Assembly: GCF_000016745.1 (NCBI RefSeq)
Contig: NC_009483.1
Coordinates: 3,900,001-3,932,000 of the forward strand
DNA from: Geotalea uraniireducens Rf4
GTDB lineage: Bacteria; Desulfobacterota; Desulfuromonadia; Geobacterales; Geobacteraceae
Length of the DNA stretch: 32,000 bases
Direction of reading: 5' to 3'
A program made the position numbers and the translations under genes. Shown here one piece after another: positions 15,743-25,353 of this stretch. Position 1 is the first letter of the stretch, and each line of letters opens with the position of its first letter. The notes under the pieces were generated by a model. The model searched no databases. It had not been told where the DNA came from and worked only from the letters and a program-made list of their open reading frames with translations.

Positions 15743-16453
15743 CTATCTTTTCTGCGCCTCGCCGGTCATCGGTACAAAGGCCACCGCCCCCATCTGCTCA
15801 ACGGCCAGATCGCCCCCCTTCTTTTTGGTCACCAGGGTAAGGGTCTGGTAAAAAAGCGTGCTCCCCAGGGGGAGTATCAACCGCCCCCCCTCCTTGAGCT
15901 GCTTGAGCAAGGGAGGTGGAATATGGTTTACCGATGCGGTGATGATAACGGCATCGAAGGGGGCGTACTCCGGCCACCCCAGGTAACCGTCGCCATATTT
16001 CACGGCAACGTTTTTGTAGCCGAGCTCCTTGAGCCGCTTGTCAGCCGTTTCCGCAAGGTCTTTACGGATCTCAATGGAATAGACATCTTTCACCATCTCA
16101 GCCAGCACCGCGGCTTGGTAGCCGGAACCGGTGCCGATCTCCAGTACCCGGTCGCCCGGCTTGAGACGAAGCGCCTCGGTCATCAGGGCCACCACGTAAG
16201 GCTGAGAGATGGTCTGCCCTTCGCCTATCGGCAGAGGGGTGTCCGCATAAGCCTGCCGGCGCAGACGCTCACCGACGAAGAGGTGACGCGGTATTTTGGC
16301 CATTGCATCCAGTACCCTGCCATCCTTTATCCCGCGCCCCCGAATATCGTCGCGCACCATTTCCTGCCGCTTTTGCAGGTAAGGGTCCGTCGCAGACGAC
16401 AGGACGGATGCGGTTGTCAGCAACAGTGCAAAGGCAAGGATGATGACTCTCAT
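15743..16453 (-). CDS. pcm: Protein-L-isoaspartate O-methyltransferase with N-terminal signal-like peptide
   Basis: [25 protein letters not shown] and DAIIVTA-like FDAVIITAS motifs are present. The start is at [12 protein letters not shown] (ATG 16453, GGGAGA RBS). Confidence 0.85.
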
Positions 16454-16530
16454 GCTCGCTCTCCCTTCAACTGGCGAATCCATTTTAATTCGCTATAGTT
16501 GTGATACGTGCTTGATTGTGAACTCGTCTT

Positions 16531-16644
16531 ATTACTCCGGCAATTAAACATCACAATCCTGATGTAGGGGCACGGCGCGCCGTGCCCCGATTGGGCGAGG
16601 CAAGCCTGGCCCCTACCGTTCACATGTTTAATTGCCGCAGTAAT
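16531..16644. repeat. 114-bp inverted-repeat-bounded element with a 22-bp perfect GC palindrome
   Basis: ATTACTCCGGCAATTAAACATC pairs with ATGTTTAATTGCCGCAGTAAT. The core is GGGGCACGGCGCGCCGTGCCCC, flanked by GTAGGGG..CCCCTAC. Confidence 0.7.
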
Positions 16645-16696
16645 AATCATTATAATACATCTGCCGCAATCCGCATGCGGCACGGAGGTGACGATA

Positions 16697-17410
16697 ATGG
16701 CGGGAATGGTTGAGGAGCTGTTCCGGACTCTCGGCGGGAAATATTCGCGGGACCTGGGGATCGATCTTTCCGGCGGTGAATCAGGGGAGCTCTGCAAGTG
16801 GTTCCTCGCCGCCAAACTCTTCGGCGCCCGGATCGGTACCGCCATTGCCATCAGGACATACCGGGAATTCGAACGGCGCGGCGTCATCTCGCCGGCACGG
16901 ATACTTGAGACCGGCTGGGACGGTCTTGTTGAGATCCTGGACAAGGGAGGGTATGTCCGCTACGACTTCTCCACGGCGACGAAACTTCTGGCGATCATGA
17001 ACGACCTTCAGGCCAGTTTTGGCGGCGATCTCAACCGGCTCCACGCAGAGGCCGCCGATGAAGACGACCTGGAAAACCTTCTCAAAAGTTTGGGGAAAGG
17101 GATCGGCGATGTGACGGTGAATATTTTCCTGCGGGAGTTGCGCACGGTCTGGAAGAAGGCAAGGCCGAAGATTGCCGGCCCGGCCCTGCTGGCCGCCGGT
17201 AGGCTGGCTCTCGTCAAGCCGGGAGAAGAGCCGTTATTGAAACTGAAGCAGGTATGGTCGCAGGAGACGGTCCCCGGCAGGGATTTTTGCGATTTCGAGG
17301 CGGCACTGGTAAAACTGGGGAAGGATTACTGCCGCAAGCTCAGATGCGGTGCTTGCCCATTGGGGGGGAGGTGTGCATGTCAACGACTGAGACCCGTCAC
17401 AATGGTATGA
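16697..17410 (+). CDS. Endonuclease III-related HhH protein with C-terminal Cys cluster
   Basis: An HhH-like LKSLGKGIGDVTVNIFLRELR and a C-terminal CRKLRCGACPLGGRC (C-x5-C-x2-C-x5-C) are present. The start is at ATG 16697, with GGAGGTG 6 nt upstream. Confidence 0.55.
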   Translation: MAGMVEELFRTLGGKYSRDLGIDLSGGESGELCKWFLAAKLFGARIGTAIAIRTYREFERRGVISPARILETGWDGLVEILDKGGYVRYDFSTATKLLAIMNDLQASFGGDLNRLHAEAADEDDLENLLKSLGKGIGDVTVNIFLRELRTVWKKARPKIAGPALLAAGRLALVKPGEEPLLKLKQVWSQETVPGRDFCDFEAALVKLGKDYCRKLRCGACPLGGRCACQRLRPVTMV

Positions 17411-18410
17411 TGCCGGAACGCAGTCCCAGCACCTTGGCCGCCAACTCGCCTCTGCGTCTTATTCCAGCCTTTTCGAACATAACATGAAGATGGTCTTTGA
17501 CTGTCTGCTCACTGATAAAAAGCAGGTCCGCAATCTCCCGGTTGGAATAGCCCTGAATGACAAGTACCGCGATCTCTTTTTCCCGCCTGCTCAGTTTGAA
17601 AGCATCAAGTTTTGGATGCAGCCGGTGTTCAGCCGGGTAGCGTTCCAGAAGGATGAGTCTGCCTCTCCGGTTTCTGCCTAGTGGTACAGTCCTGACGCGG
17701 TAGGTGCCCAATCTGCTTTTAAAAAAGGCCGGGGCTGAGCCGATGCCCGGCTCGGGGATCCGCTCCATCGGCATCCCCTTCAGTGCCAGCTTCGCCGCAT
17801 CATTCATGTAAATCGGCCTTCCGTCCTCCCCTGTGGTTATCACGCCGTTCGGCTCTTTGCTCAGCTCAATGCCCTGCATTAAAAAAAGGCTGCGGATAGC
17901 CCTGGCCATGTGCGGGAGAAGGATATTTATGATCTCCTTGTCGCGATCGCTGAAGTCACCCTCCTGCTTCTGGCGGTGGAAGCCCGCAGTCCCGACCATA
18001 TCACCCTGGGAGACGAGTGAGACTGCGAGGACATAGAATACGGAAGCTAGCGGCAGGAGGAAATCGCAGGCAAACTCGCTCCGAATCAGGCTCCGCTCCA
18101 GCACAAGGTCGGTGTTTCGCGCTACCCTGTTTGCGTTTTTATACCACTCGCAGGTAATGAAGGGGTCGAGTGTTACGTAGTGGTCGAGATAGAGGACCAT
18201 TGCCCCTTCGGAATTATTGAAAACCTCATAGCCGTTGAAGTAGTACTCCCCGGTTTTGGGGTCGGTTGGGGCAAAAATGGCACTATAGATGCCGATAAAT
18301 TTCTGTAATTTTTCGCAGACTGCCCGAAACATGGCACTTCTGTCCGGGACCGAATAGATGATATCGATGATTTCAAGTATCTTCCTGTAGTCCCTTGCGG
18401 AAATGGCCAT
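17397..18410 (-). CDS. LuxR-family transcriptional regulator (N-terminal GAF/PAS-like sensor region, C-terminal HTH)
   Basis: The C-terminal LSRREKEIAVLVIQGYSNREIADLLFISEQTVKDHLHVMFEK is a classic LuxR/GerE HTH. The start is taken at ATG 18410 (MAISARDY). The 3' end overlaps the convergent gene by 14 nt. Confidence 0.8.
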   Translation of the reverse strand: MAISARDYRKILEIIDIIYSVPDRSAMFRAVCEKLQKFIGIYSAIFAPTDPKTGEYYFNGYEVFNNSEGAMVLYLDHYVTLDPFITCEWYKNANRVARNTDLVLERSLIRSEFACDFLLPLASVFYVLAVSLVSQGDMVGTAGFHRQKQEGDFSDRDKEIINILLPHMARAIRSLFLMQGIELSKEPNGVITTGEDGRPIYMNDAAKLALKGMPMERIPEPGIGSAPAFFKSRLGTYRVRTVPLGRNRRGRLILLERYPAEHRLHPKLDAFKLSRREKEIAVLVIQGYSNREIADLLFISEQTVKDHLHVMFEKAGIRRRGELAAKVLGLRSGIIPL

Positions 18411-18541
18411 AATCAAAATCCTACTTTCGTCGGGTATATTTTATGAGACTTTCATAGTATCTTTACGCAAAAGTTCTCATTAAACCCTTTCGTCAAAGAT
18501 AGCAAAGAATGGCATATAAGCAAATGCTGAAAATTTTTAGG

Positions 18542-18581
18542 CCCTTTCCGGGCAGAAACTATTGGTTTCTGATTCGGAAAG
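18542..18581. promoter_or_regulatory. Candidate operator: imperfect palindrome containing repeat copy 1
   Basis: CTTTCCG-GG-CAGAAAC tattg GTTTCTG-ATT-CGGAAAG (18544-18581) lies in the LuxR/lipoprotein divergent intergenic region. Confidence 0.4.
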
Positions 18582-18687
18582 CGGAGATTTTTTGTCATGG
18601 CAAGGAAATCAAGGGGTTGCGCGGAGGCGTACATCGGTACGCCGCACAAGCAAGCCCGCAGATTGACACAGCCAGGGCAAAAAAGCA

Positions 18688-18705
18688 CCCTTTCCGGACA
18701 GAAAC
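18688..18705. promoter_or_regulatory. Repeat copy 2 of the CCCTTTCCGGNCAGAAAC motif
   Basis: CCCTTTCCGGACAGAAAC matches CCCTTTCCGGGCAGAAAC (18542-18559) at 17/18 positions. It lies about 50 nt upstream of the lipoprotein ATG. Confidence 0.4.
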
Positions 18706-18756
18706 AAACTACAGTTGCCCTGATATAGAGGGCGCAAAGAAACAAAAGGAGAAATT

Positions 18757-20544
18757 ATGAAACAGCAACTTTGGAAGATGCTCCTTCTCACCTCGTTCAT
18801 CCTGAGCGCCCTGGGGATTTCGGGATGTGGCGGCGGAGGGAGTACGGCAACGACATCGGGAACCGCAATAACAGTAAGCGGTACCGCACTGGCAGGGGCG
18901 CCCCTTTTCGGGAACGCCTGGATCAAGGATGCGAACGGCAAGAAAAAGGGGCCGGTTGCCATCGACAAAAATGGAAATTTCGCCTTCACCAACATGACCG
19001 GCATGCAGGCCCCCTTCATCCTCCAGGCCGACGGCACCGCCGGCACCAACAGCTACCGCCTCTGTTCCATGGCCACCGGCGGCGGAACCGCCAATATCAA
19101 CCCCATGACCAACCTTGCCGTCGCCGCGGTGACCGGCAAAGACCCGGCTGCGGTCTTCACCGACCCGACGGCCAACAACATCAAGAACTCCATCAACGAC
19201 ACGGCCGTGGCAGCCGCCATCGCACAGATCAAGGCGATGCTCAAGCCGATCCTCGATGCGTACAACGCCTCTGCCGTCGACCCGCTGAAGGGTAACGTAG
19301 CAGCCACCAACTCCGGGTTGGACGGCGTCTTCGACGTGGTGAAGATCAACGTCACTCCCGACAACACCGGTGCGGCGCAGGTATCCGTCAGCAACAACCT
19401 TACCAACTCGACCATATTGCAGACGCAAACGGTCTCCACGGCGGTCGCCAACACCACACAGACGGCGGCGACAATCACAACCCAGACGACCGGCTTGTCC
19501 ACCGACGCCGCCAACCTGCAGGCAATTACCGCGCAACTTCAATTGCTGGCAACCGAGCTGGGCAAGACCACCCCGAACCTCGACCCCTTCTTTGCCACCA
19601 ATTTCGGGATCAACAGCGGGCTCGACCGGGCCCAATCCATCCTGCAATTGGCCCCCCCGGGGAAAATCACCGGCATCTCCCCGATCAGCGTCGTGCAGAA
19701 AACCGCAAACGGCGCGAGCTTTGACTACGAAGTCTCCTTCCTGGCTTACTTCGCCGACGGCTCAAACGGCGCCCCCGATGACAACTTCATCTTCACCAAT
19801 GAAGGCGGCGCCTGGAGGCTGAAAGGGAATAACTATAAATCCTACGTCAGGATTCAACCGCAAGCCTACAGATGGATCGATGCGGTCGGCACGACGACCG
19901 TCAAGACCGGTCTCGACGTCGAAGCCGAAGACCCGGGCGTGATCGGCATCGCCACCATTACGATTACCGGCCCCGGTCTCCCCGCCGCCGGACTCACCAT
20001 GACATCGGTCGGTGTGGGTGTCACCTATTTCAATATCATCCAGGCTCAACAGGACCCCACCCTGAACACGCTGACCAACCAATGGAATTTCCTCCCGCTG
20101 AGTGATGCGACGATCACTGGTACCTTTGCCGCCACGGCTGCGCCGTTCACCTACACCTTTACGGTCAAGGATGCGAACGGCGCCACCATCGAGACCAGGA
20201 CAAAGAAGCTCGCAGTGGGACCGCTCCTCTCTGCCACACTTGACGCCACCTACTTCCCGACCATCAGTGGCCTGGCTTCCCAAGCCATGTCCCTCTTGAC
20301 CGGCAAGAGCTCGATTTCCTTCTTCTTTGCCAAGCCGACCGCCTACACGGTCCAGGAGCAGCGAGCCAATCTCAGTTTCTGGAACGAGACCAGCAACGGA
20401 TATTACGATACCGAGCCTCTCCTTACCGACACCCAGGCCACCATCACAGGCGGTATCCCCTCGACGCTCCAGGGGGCATGGCTCAGCATGGGAGCAAGGG
20501 ATGGCAGCGGCCGGAGATTTGATGCCGTCTTGATTTTCAAGTAG
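18757..20544 (+). CDS. Large lipoprotein of unknown function
   Basis: Lipobox LSALGISGC followed by a GGGGS linker. The protein is Thr/Ala/Asn-rich and beta-rich. RBS AAAGGAGAAA sits upstream, and a strong terminator follows. Confidence 0.7.
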   Translation: MKQQLWKMLLLTSFILSALGISGCGGGGSTATTSGTAITVSGTALAGAPLFGNAWIKDANGKKKGPVAIDKNGNFAFTNMTGMQAPFILQADGTAGTNSYRLCSMATGGGTANINPMTNLAVAAVTGKDPAAVFTDPTANNIKNSINDTAVAAAIAQIKAMLKPILDAYNASAVDPLKGNVAATNSGLDGVFDVVKINVTPDNTGAAQVSVSNNLTNSTILQTQTVSTAVANTTQTAATITTQTTGLSTDAANLQAITAQLQLLATELGKTTPNLDPFFATNFGINSGLDRAQSILQLAPPGKITGISPISVVQKTANGASFDYEVSFLAYFADGSNGAPDDNFIFTNEGGAWRLKGNNYKSYVRIQPQAYRWIDAVGTTTVKTGLDVEAEDPGVIGIATITITGPGLPAAGLTMTSVGVGVTYFNIIQAQQDPTLNTLTNQWNFLPLSDATITGTFAATAAPFTYTFTVKDANGATIETRTKKLAVGPLLSATLDATYFPTISGLASQAMSLLTGKSSISFFFAKPTAYTVQEQRANLSFWNETSNGYYDTEPLLTDTQATITGGIPSTLQGAWLSMGARDGSGRRFDAVLIFK

Positions 20545-20569
20545 GACACCAGTAAGCAGATGCAATTTC

Positions 20570-20602
20570 GCCCCGCCGGCACTTTCGGCGGGGCTTTTTT
20601 TT
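20570..20602 (+). terminator. Rho-independent terminator of the lipoprotein gene
   Basis: GCCCCGCCG (20570-20578) pairs with CGGCGGGGC (20586-20594) and is followed by T8. Confidence 0.85.
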
Positions 20603-20820
20603 GCCATGGACAAGCGACATGCAGCGGGTGAAGGAAGGTGTCTATACCGCTGAAATTTTGTTTTGAAGTAACTATTCCGGGAGCGTAGGTTTCCCAGCCT
20701 GCGTTTCAAGCGGGTTTATCGCTTGAACATGTGTTCAGTTCAAGCTTATCAGGCTGATGAAACTTCGCCTGAAGACAGGCAGGATGCCCATCCTCCGACG
20801 TCAAAACATATATGCTAAAT

Positions 20821-21039
20821 CAGCGTTGTCCGGTTTGGTTTTTGCTTACGTCCCGTAGGGACAGAATACTGGTAGCCGGGGAATTCATTCCCCGGTCATC
20901 CAGGCGAAATATCATCACGTCACGTACGTGACGTGGGGAAATATAGCATCTCATCCGGGGGATGAATCCCCCGGCTACATTCGAACGCCCCTAATGGGGC
21001 TTAACAACCTTGATGCACAAACCAAACCGGACAACGCTG
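20821..21039 (+). mobile_element. 219-bp MITE, copy 2
   Basis: It has the same 21-bp TIRs as copy 1. A 9-bp direct duplication ATGCTAAAT flanks it (20812-20820 and 21040-21048). It is in the same orientation and matches copy 1 at 218/219 positions. Confidence 0.9.
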
Positions 21040-21180
21040 ATGCTAAATAGTTACGATTTTGAAATGCTTCGGATACGTGAGGGAAGGCAAGGATGTTCGT
21101 AATGGGGGAAACCCGGGATACGCGCAATGGTATCCCGGTCAATATAACAGCGGTCTTACCGGATGCGAACCGATGCAAGT

Positions 21181-22557
21181 TTACTTCTTCAGATCGATCC
21201 CGTAGCTCTTGATCTTTCTGTGCAGGTTACTCCGCTCAAGCTCGATGGACTCTGCTGTTTTGCTGATGTTCCAGTCATGTTCCTCAAGCTTCTGGATGAT
21301 GAATTCCTTTTCGAACTCTTCCCTCGCCTCGCGCAACGAGCTCAGCTCCAGGGCACTTCCCGGCTTTGAGCCCCCCATCTCCCGAGTTGCCTCGCCGGCG
21401 CCGATATAATCGGGTATCTGGTTGACGGTTATGGTCCTGCCCGGGGTCATAATCACGAGACGCTCGATGATGTTTTTCAGCTCCCGCACGTTACCCGGCC
21501 AGTCGTAGCGCTTCATGAGCTCAACCGCCTCAGGCATGAACATCTTCCGCTCCCGCCCTTCCCGCTGACAAAACGTATCGAGGAAGTGCTCGATGAGGAG
21601 GGGTATGTCGTCGGACCTTTCCCTGAGCGACGGGACCTTGAAAGGGACGACATTCAAACGGTAGAACAGGTCTTCGCGGAAGTTGCCGGCCTTGATTTCA
21701 TCCTCCAGCACCTTGTTGGTGGCGGCTACTACGCGCACATCCACCTCAACGGTCTTTGTCCCCCCGACCCTCTCGAATTTGCGCTCCTGGAGAATGCGCA
21801 GCACCTTGGCCTGGGTCTTGAGCGACATGTCGCCAATCTCGTCGAGAAAGATGGTGCCGCCGTCGGCCAGATCGAACTTCCCCTTCTTCTGGGCAACCGC
21901 ACCGGTAAATGCGCCCCGTTCATGGCCGAACAGCTCGGATTCGATCAGCTCTTCCGGAATGGCGGCGCAGTTTATCTCGATGAACGGCTTGTCGCGCCGC
22001 TGGCTGTCGTAATGAATGGAACGGGCCACCAGCTCCTTGCCGGTGCCGTTTTCGCCGGTGATGAGCACCGAAGCGTTGGTGGGGGCGACCAGTTTTATAT
22101 GTTCAGCCAACTGCTTCATCAGCGGCGAAGCGCCGATCATTTCATGGTCCCTGAGGACAATGCTGCGCAGCGAATCGTTCTCTTCCTTGAGGCGGCTCAT
22201 GCCGATGGCGTTATTCACCGACAAGAGGACCTTTTCCAAAGAAAGCGGCTTTTCGACGAAATCGTAAGCGCCCATTTTGGTCGACTTCACGGCGGTTTCA
22301 ATGGTGCCGTGGCCGGACATCATGATCACGGTCAGAACCGGATACAACTCCTTCAGTTTTTGCAGGGTTTCCATGCCGTCCATGCGCGGCATCCAGATAT
22401 CGAGGAGCACCAGCGCCGGCATCTCCTGCTGGACCACGGACAGCGCCTCGACGCCGTCAACGGCAAAAAGGGTCCTGTAGCCCTCGTCTTCCAGTATCCC
22501 CGCCAGGGAGGTGCGGATGCTCTCTTCGTCGTCAACCACCAGTATCGTTGCGCTCAT
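21181..22557 (-). CDS. Sigma-54-dependent response regulator (NtrC family: REC, AAA+, Fis-type HTH)
   Basis: REC domain (ILVVDDE..., DIWMP), Walker A GENGTGKE, the GAFTGA sigma-54 contact loop (ERGAFTGAV) and a C-terminal HTH NISKTAESIELERSNLHRKIK. Confidence 0.9.
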   Translation of the reverse strand: MSATILVVDDEESIRTSLAGILEDEGYRTLFAVDGVEALSVVQQEMPALVLLDIWMPRMDGMETLQKLKELYPVLTVIMMSGHGTIETAVKSTKMGAYDFVEKPLSLEKVLLSVNNAIGMSRLKEENDSLRSIVLRDHEMIGASPLMKQLAEHIKLVAPTNASVLITGENGTGKELVARSIHYDSQRRDKPFIEINCAAIPEELIESELFGHERGAFTGAVAQKKGKFDLADGGTIFLDEIGDMSLKTQAKVLRILQERKFERVGGTKTVEVDVRVVAATNKVLEDEIKAGNFREDLFYRLNVVPFKVPSLRERSDDIPLLIEHFLDTFCQREGRERKMFMPEAVELMKRYDWPGNVRELKNIIERLVIMTPGRTITVNQIPDYIGAGEATREMGGSKPGSALELSSLREAREEFEKEFIIQKLEEHDWNISKTAESIELERSNLHRKIKSYGIDLKK

Positions 22558-22837
22558 GTGCTTTTTCCGTCATCCGTCATGTGATATTTGAAAAGGACGG
22601 GCAAAAGCCCGCCATCGGCCGCACTGCCAGCCTCATTCCGCAGAGAGTATACATGTAAAACATCACCATTTTCCAGTAAAAACTGGCTCCCCCCACCGGG
22701 CAATGGTTCAAATGGGGATGTCACCTTTTCTCCGCTGCATCTCCCACCATCAGGGTTTTAATCACACAGTTGACACCGGGGCTGGACTGGGCACAAATAA
22801 ATGTTAATGTTAATTAATTATCATAGGAAAAGCATTT

Positions 22838-22987
22838 GCCACAGGGGCACAGAGACACGGAGATTTACTAATTCAATAAATACAGCCAGTTTCAGTTTTA
22901 AAGACATTTTTTTATTTCACCTGTTTGGTGATCGTCATTTATCAGTTTTTCTCTGTGATTCCCTCCGCGTCTCTGTGTCTCTGTGGC
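22838..22987. repeat. CACAGAGACAC-type palindromic repeat element, copy B (uninterrupted)
   Basis: GCCACAGGGGCACAGAGACACGGAG ... CTCCGCGTCTCTGTGTCTCTGTGGC. The interior is collinear with copy A (2638-3032). It sits between the NtrC-type gene and the AEC transporter gene. Confidence 0.75.
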
Positions 22988-23073
22988 GGAAGTGCCGTTT
23001 TTAGGATTATGCTTTTTGATGTTGGAGACCTGGGGTCATGCCTTTCCTGATGATATGAAGGGGGAGCTGTTGT

Positions 23074-24039
23074 ATGATGAATGCCACGGTAAACATACGG
23101 GTTATCGAGACTGTAGCGGCGTTTGCCACCGTCGTTGCCCTCTGCGTTCTGCTGAAGAACAAGGGCATCGTGAAGGAGGAGCACGAGGCCATCTTTGCGC
23201 GGCTTCTGACACAGGCCGCCCTCCCGGCAGTCATCTTCTCCCAGTTGGCCACCCACCCCGTAGAACCCTCTCAGCTCCTCATGGTCATAACGATCATCGT
23301 TGCGGCGCTTGTCTCCATGGTGGTTTCATGGGGCCTGGGTAAGACCCTGCGTATCGACCGCCCCCAACTCGGCGCATTGATGCTTACTTCGTCCTTCGGT
23401 TCCTCCGCTCTGCTGGGGTATCCCGTGATCCAGTACGTCTTTCCGGACAATCCGCAAGCCTTGGCGGACGCCGTCTTTATGAGTGAGGTGGGCGTGGGCT
23501 TGCCAATCTTCATCCTGGGGCCCCTGATCGGTATGTACTTCGGAGAGGCCATGGAGGATGGCCCATCACGACAGAAGGCCCTGTCCGACTATTTCCGCTC
23601 CCCCATATTCGCGGCCGTCATAGCAGGCATCGTTGCCTCGCAATTCCCCGAACTTCGGCAATTCCCCTGGCTCGCCCCTTTCTGGGAGGCCCTTCACATG
23701 ATTGAAGGCTCTCTGGCGACCTTGGCCTGCATGGTCTTGGCTCTTCAACTGAAGTTCTCTTCCCTGCGCGGAACGTTCTGGGCTCTCCTGCTCGGATCAG
23801 CGCTGATACAAATGGTTCTGCAGCCGTGGGTAGCCCACATGCAGGCGGGATGGTACCACCTTTCCGTGGTGCAGACCCAGGTGACGGTCCTCATAACGAC
23901 CATGCCGGCGGCCGTTCTCGGACCCGTGTTTGCTTCCCGTTACCGGTGCGCCGGTAATACGGCCTCTGCCCTGGTCATGTCGCATATCCTGCTGAGTATG
24001 GCCATTATTCCCCTGTCTTTCGCCATCTTGAACAGATAG
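23074..24039 (+). CDS. AEC (auxin efflux carrier) family membrane transporter
   Basis: 321 aa with about 10 TM segments in two halves separated by a hydrophilic loop (EAMEDGPSRQKALSDYF). RBS GAAGGGGGAG lies upstream. Confidence 0.65.
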   Translation: MMNATVNIRVIETVAAFATVVALCVLLKNKGIVKEEHEAIFARLLTQAALPAVIFSQLATHPVEPSQLLMVITIIVAALVSMVVSWGLGKTLRIDRPQLGALMLTSSFGSSALLGYPVIQYVFPDNPQALADAVFMSEVGVGLPIFILGPLIGMYFGEAMEDGPSRQKALSDYFRSPIFAAVIAGIVASQFPELRQFPWLAPFWEALHMIEGSLATLACMVLALQLKFSSLRGTFWALLLGSALIQMVLQPWVAHMQAGWYHLSVVQTQVTVLITTMPAAVLGPVFASRYRCAGNTASALVMSHILLSMAIIPLSFAILNR

Positions 24040-24096
24040 TCGGCCCCTGCTCCCGCGGCGCATCGAACATACGTGTTATTACCAATTCCCGTTCTG

Positions 24097-24594
24097 TCAT
24101 TTGGTTTCTCCTTTGTCAAACCGCGTTAAAACGACAAAGACAATATAGTGCGTCACCAGCAGGGCCGGCACCCAAAACGCCGGTATCCAGTAGGATGCGC
24201 CCATGTAAACAGGTGCCTTGTAGATTGTAGCCAGCGTGATCGCCATGATCAGATCGAGCGTTCCGACAACGTTGAAAATCCAGACCATGGGTCGGGCAAC
24301 AGGACGGTTTTTCAACACCACCGGAATTGCCGTAAAAGCAAGCAGGGCGGCAATGAAATCGCCAATCGCCGCGGGATAGGCAAACTGCGGGGGCATGCCG
24401 GGATAGACCGCCCCCCGGGTAAGAAACATCAGGCCAAGGTGCCGCAGTGAATGCAAGAGGAGTATCGGAATGAGGATGGTCTGAGGTTTAAATTCCTGGA
24501 TCTTCGGCAGCAGATAGATCCTGGCAGTGACGTAAAAGATCAGGGTAGTGAGGATGAGATTGGCTGAGAGAATCCTGTCGAGGAGAGGTTGCAT
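24097..24594 (-). CDS. Small integral membrane protein, unknown function (about 5 TM)
   Basis: 165-aa hydrophobic ORF with coherent coding appearance. I recognise no family. Confidence 0.5.
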   Translation of the reverse strand: MQPLLDRILSANLILTTLIFYVTARIYLLPKIQEFKPQTILIPILLLHSLRHLGLMFLTRGAVYPGMPPQFAYPAAIGDFIAALLAFTAIPVVLKNRPVARPMVWIFNVVGTLDLIMAITLATIYKAPVYMGASYWIPAFWVPALLVTHYIVFVVLTRFDKGETK

Positions 24595-24694
24595 TTTGGT
24601 TCCTCCTTTCCGTTATGGAGTTATCTTTTGCATGGTATTTCTCCTCTCATAAGGGATTATCAGGTTGACGATGGCGCCGGTCGCTGGACACCGC

Positions 24695-25096
24695 TCAGCC
24701 GTGAGTCTTTCGCCGGTTTCTAAGGGCATCGACGCTCCAGATCCCGCCCCCCTGCGTGGAGATGAACAGAAAAACGAAGCAGTAAAGCACCGCAAGTTCT
24801 CCCATGTTCTGGATCGGCAGCAGGGCCTTGGTCCCGTGCACCATCCAATACGCGACGGCCATTTGACCGCTTGTAATGAAGGCCGTCCAGCGGGTGAATA
24901 ACCCGATCATGACCAGGATGCCTCCAATCAACTCGATCGGACCGGCAACGTAGGTAATGAACGGGGGTACTGCTCCCGGCATTGCGCTCGGAATACCGAA
25001 CAGCTTCTGGGCGCCGTGCCAAAGAAAGAGAAATCCGACGATGATCCGCATCAGCGCGTAACACTGGGAATTGTATATCGACATGAATGGCTTCAT
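24695..25096 (-). CDS. DoxX family membrane protein
   Basis: LMRIIVGFLFLWHGAQKLFG..., 4 TM, 133 aa. This fits the DoxX pattern. Confidence 0.75.
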   Translation of the reverse strand: MKPFMSIYNSQCYALMRIIVGFLFLWHGAQKLFGIPSAMPGAVPPFITYVAGPIELIGGILVMIGLFTRWTAFITSGQMAVAYWMVHGTKALLPIQNMGELAVLYCFVFLFISTQGGGIWSVDALRNRRKTHG

Positions 25097-25353
25097 TTAA
25101 CACCTCCCGTTGCGTTGTTTGAACAGGAATCTTCTGCAACATCTGCTCTCGCATTCTTATAAGACTATTTTAGTCTCAAAGCAGGGAAATGCAATATACA
25201 GCGTCAGAGTTCGCCACATTCGCTGAGAAACTACGGCGCAAAAAAGAACGGCGCGCGGAAATTCCGCAACGCCGGTTTATGTGGGCTGCCAAGCATCCTG
25301 ACAGCCGGATAGTCGAAGAGATTCCCCCTGAAAGGGACCCCGTGGCAGCAGGA

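Noticed and set aside
3594-22584. Many long ORFs in the track lie antisense to, or out of frame with, the called genes. Examples are 3594..4112+, 3640..4230+, 4723..5364+, 5414..5923+, 8690..9502+, 9223..9801+, 9936..10496+, 10493..11368+, 14198..15115-, 15007..15840+, 15923..16498+, 18709..19647-, 19762..20709- and 21586..22584+.
   Set aside because: They are shadow ORFs typical of GC-rich genes. Their translations are Arg/Pro/Gly/His-rich low-complexity strings with no recognisable motifs. Each fully overlaps a gene with clear family signatures on the other strand or in another frame.
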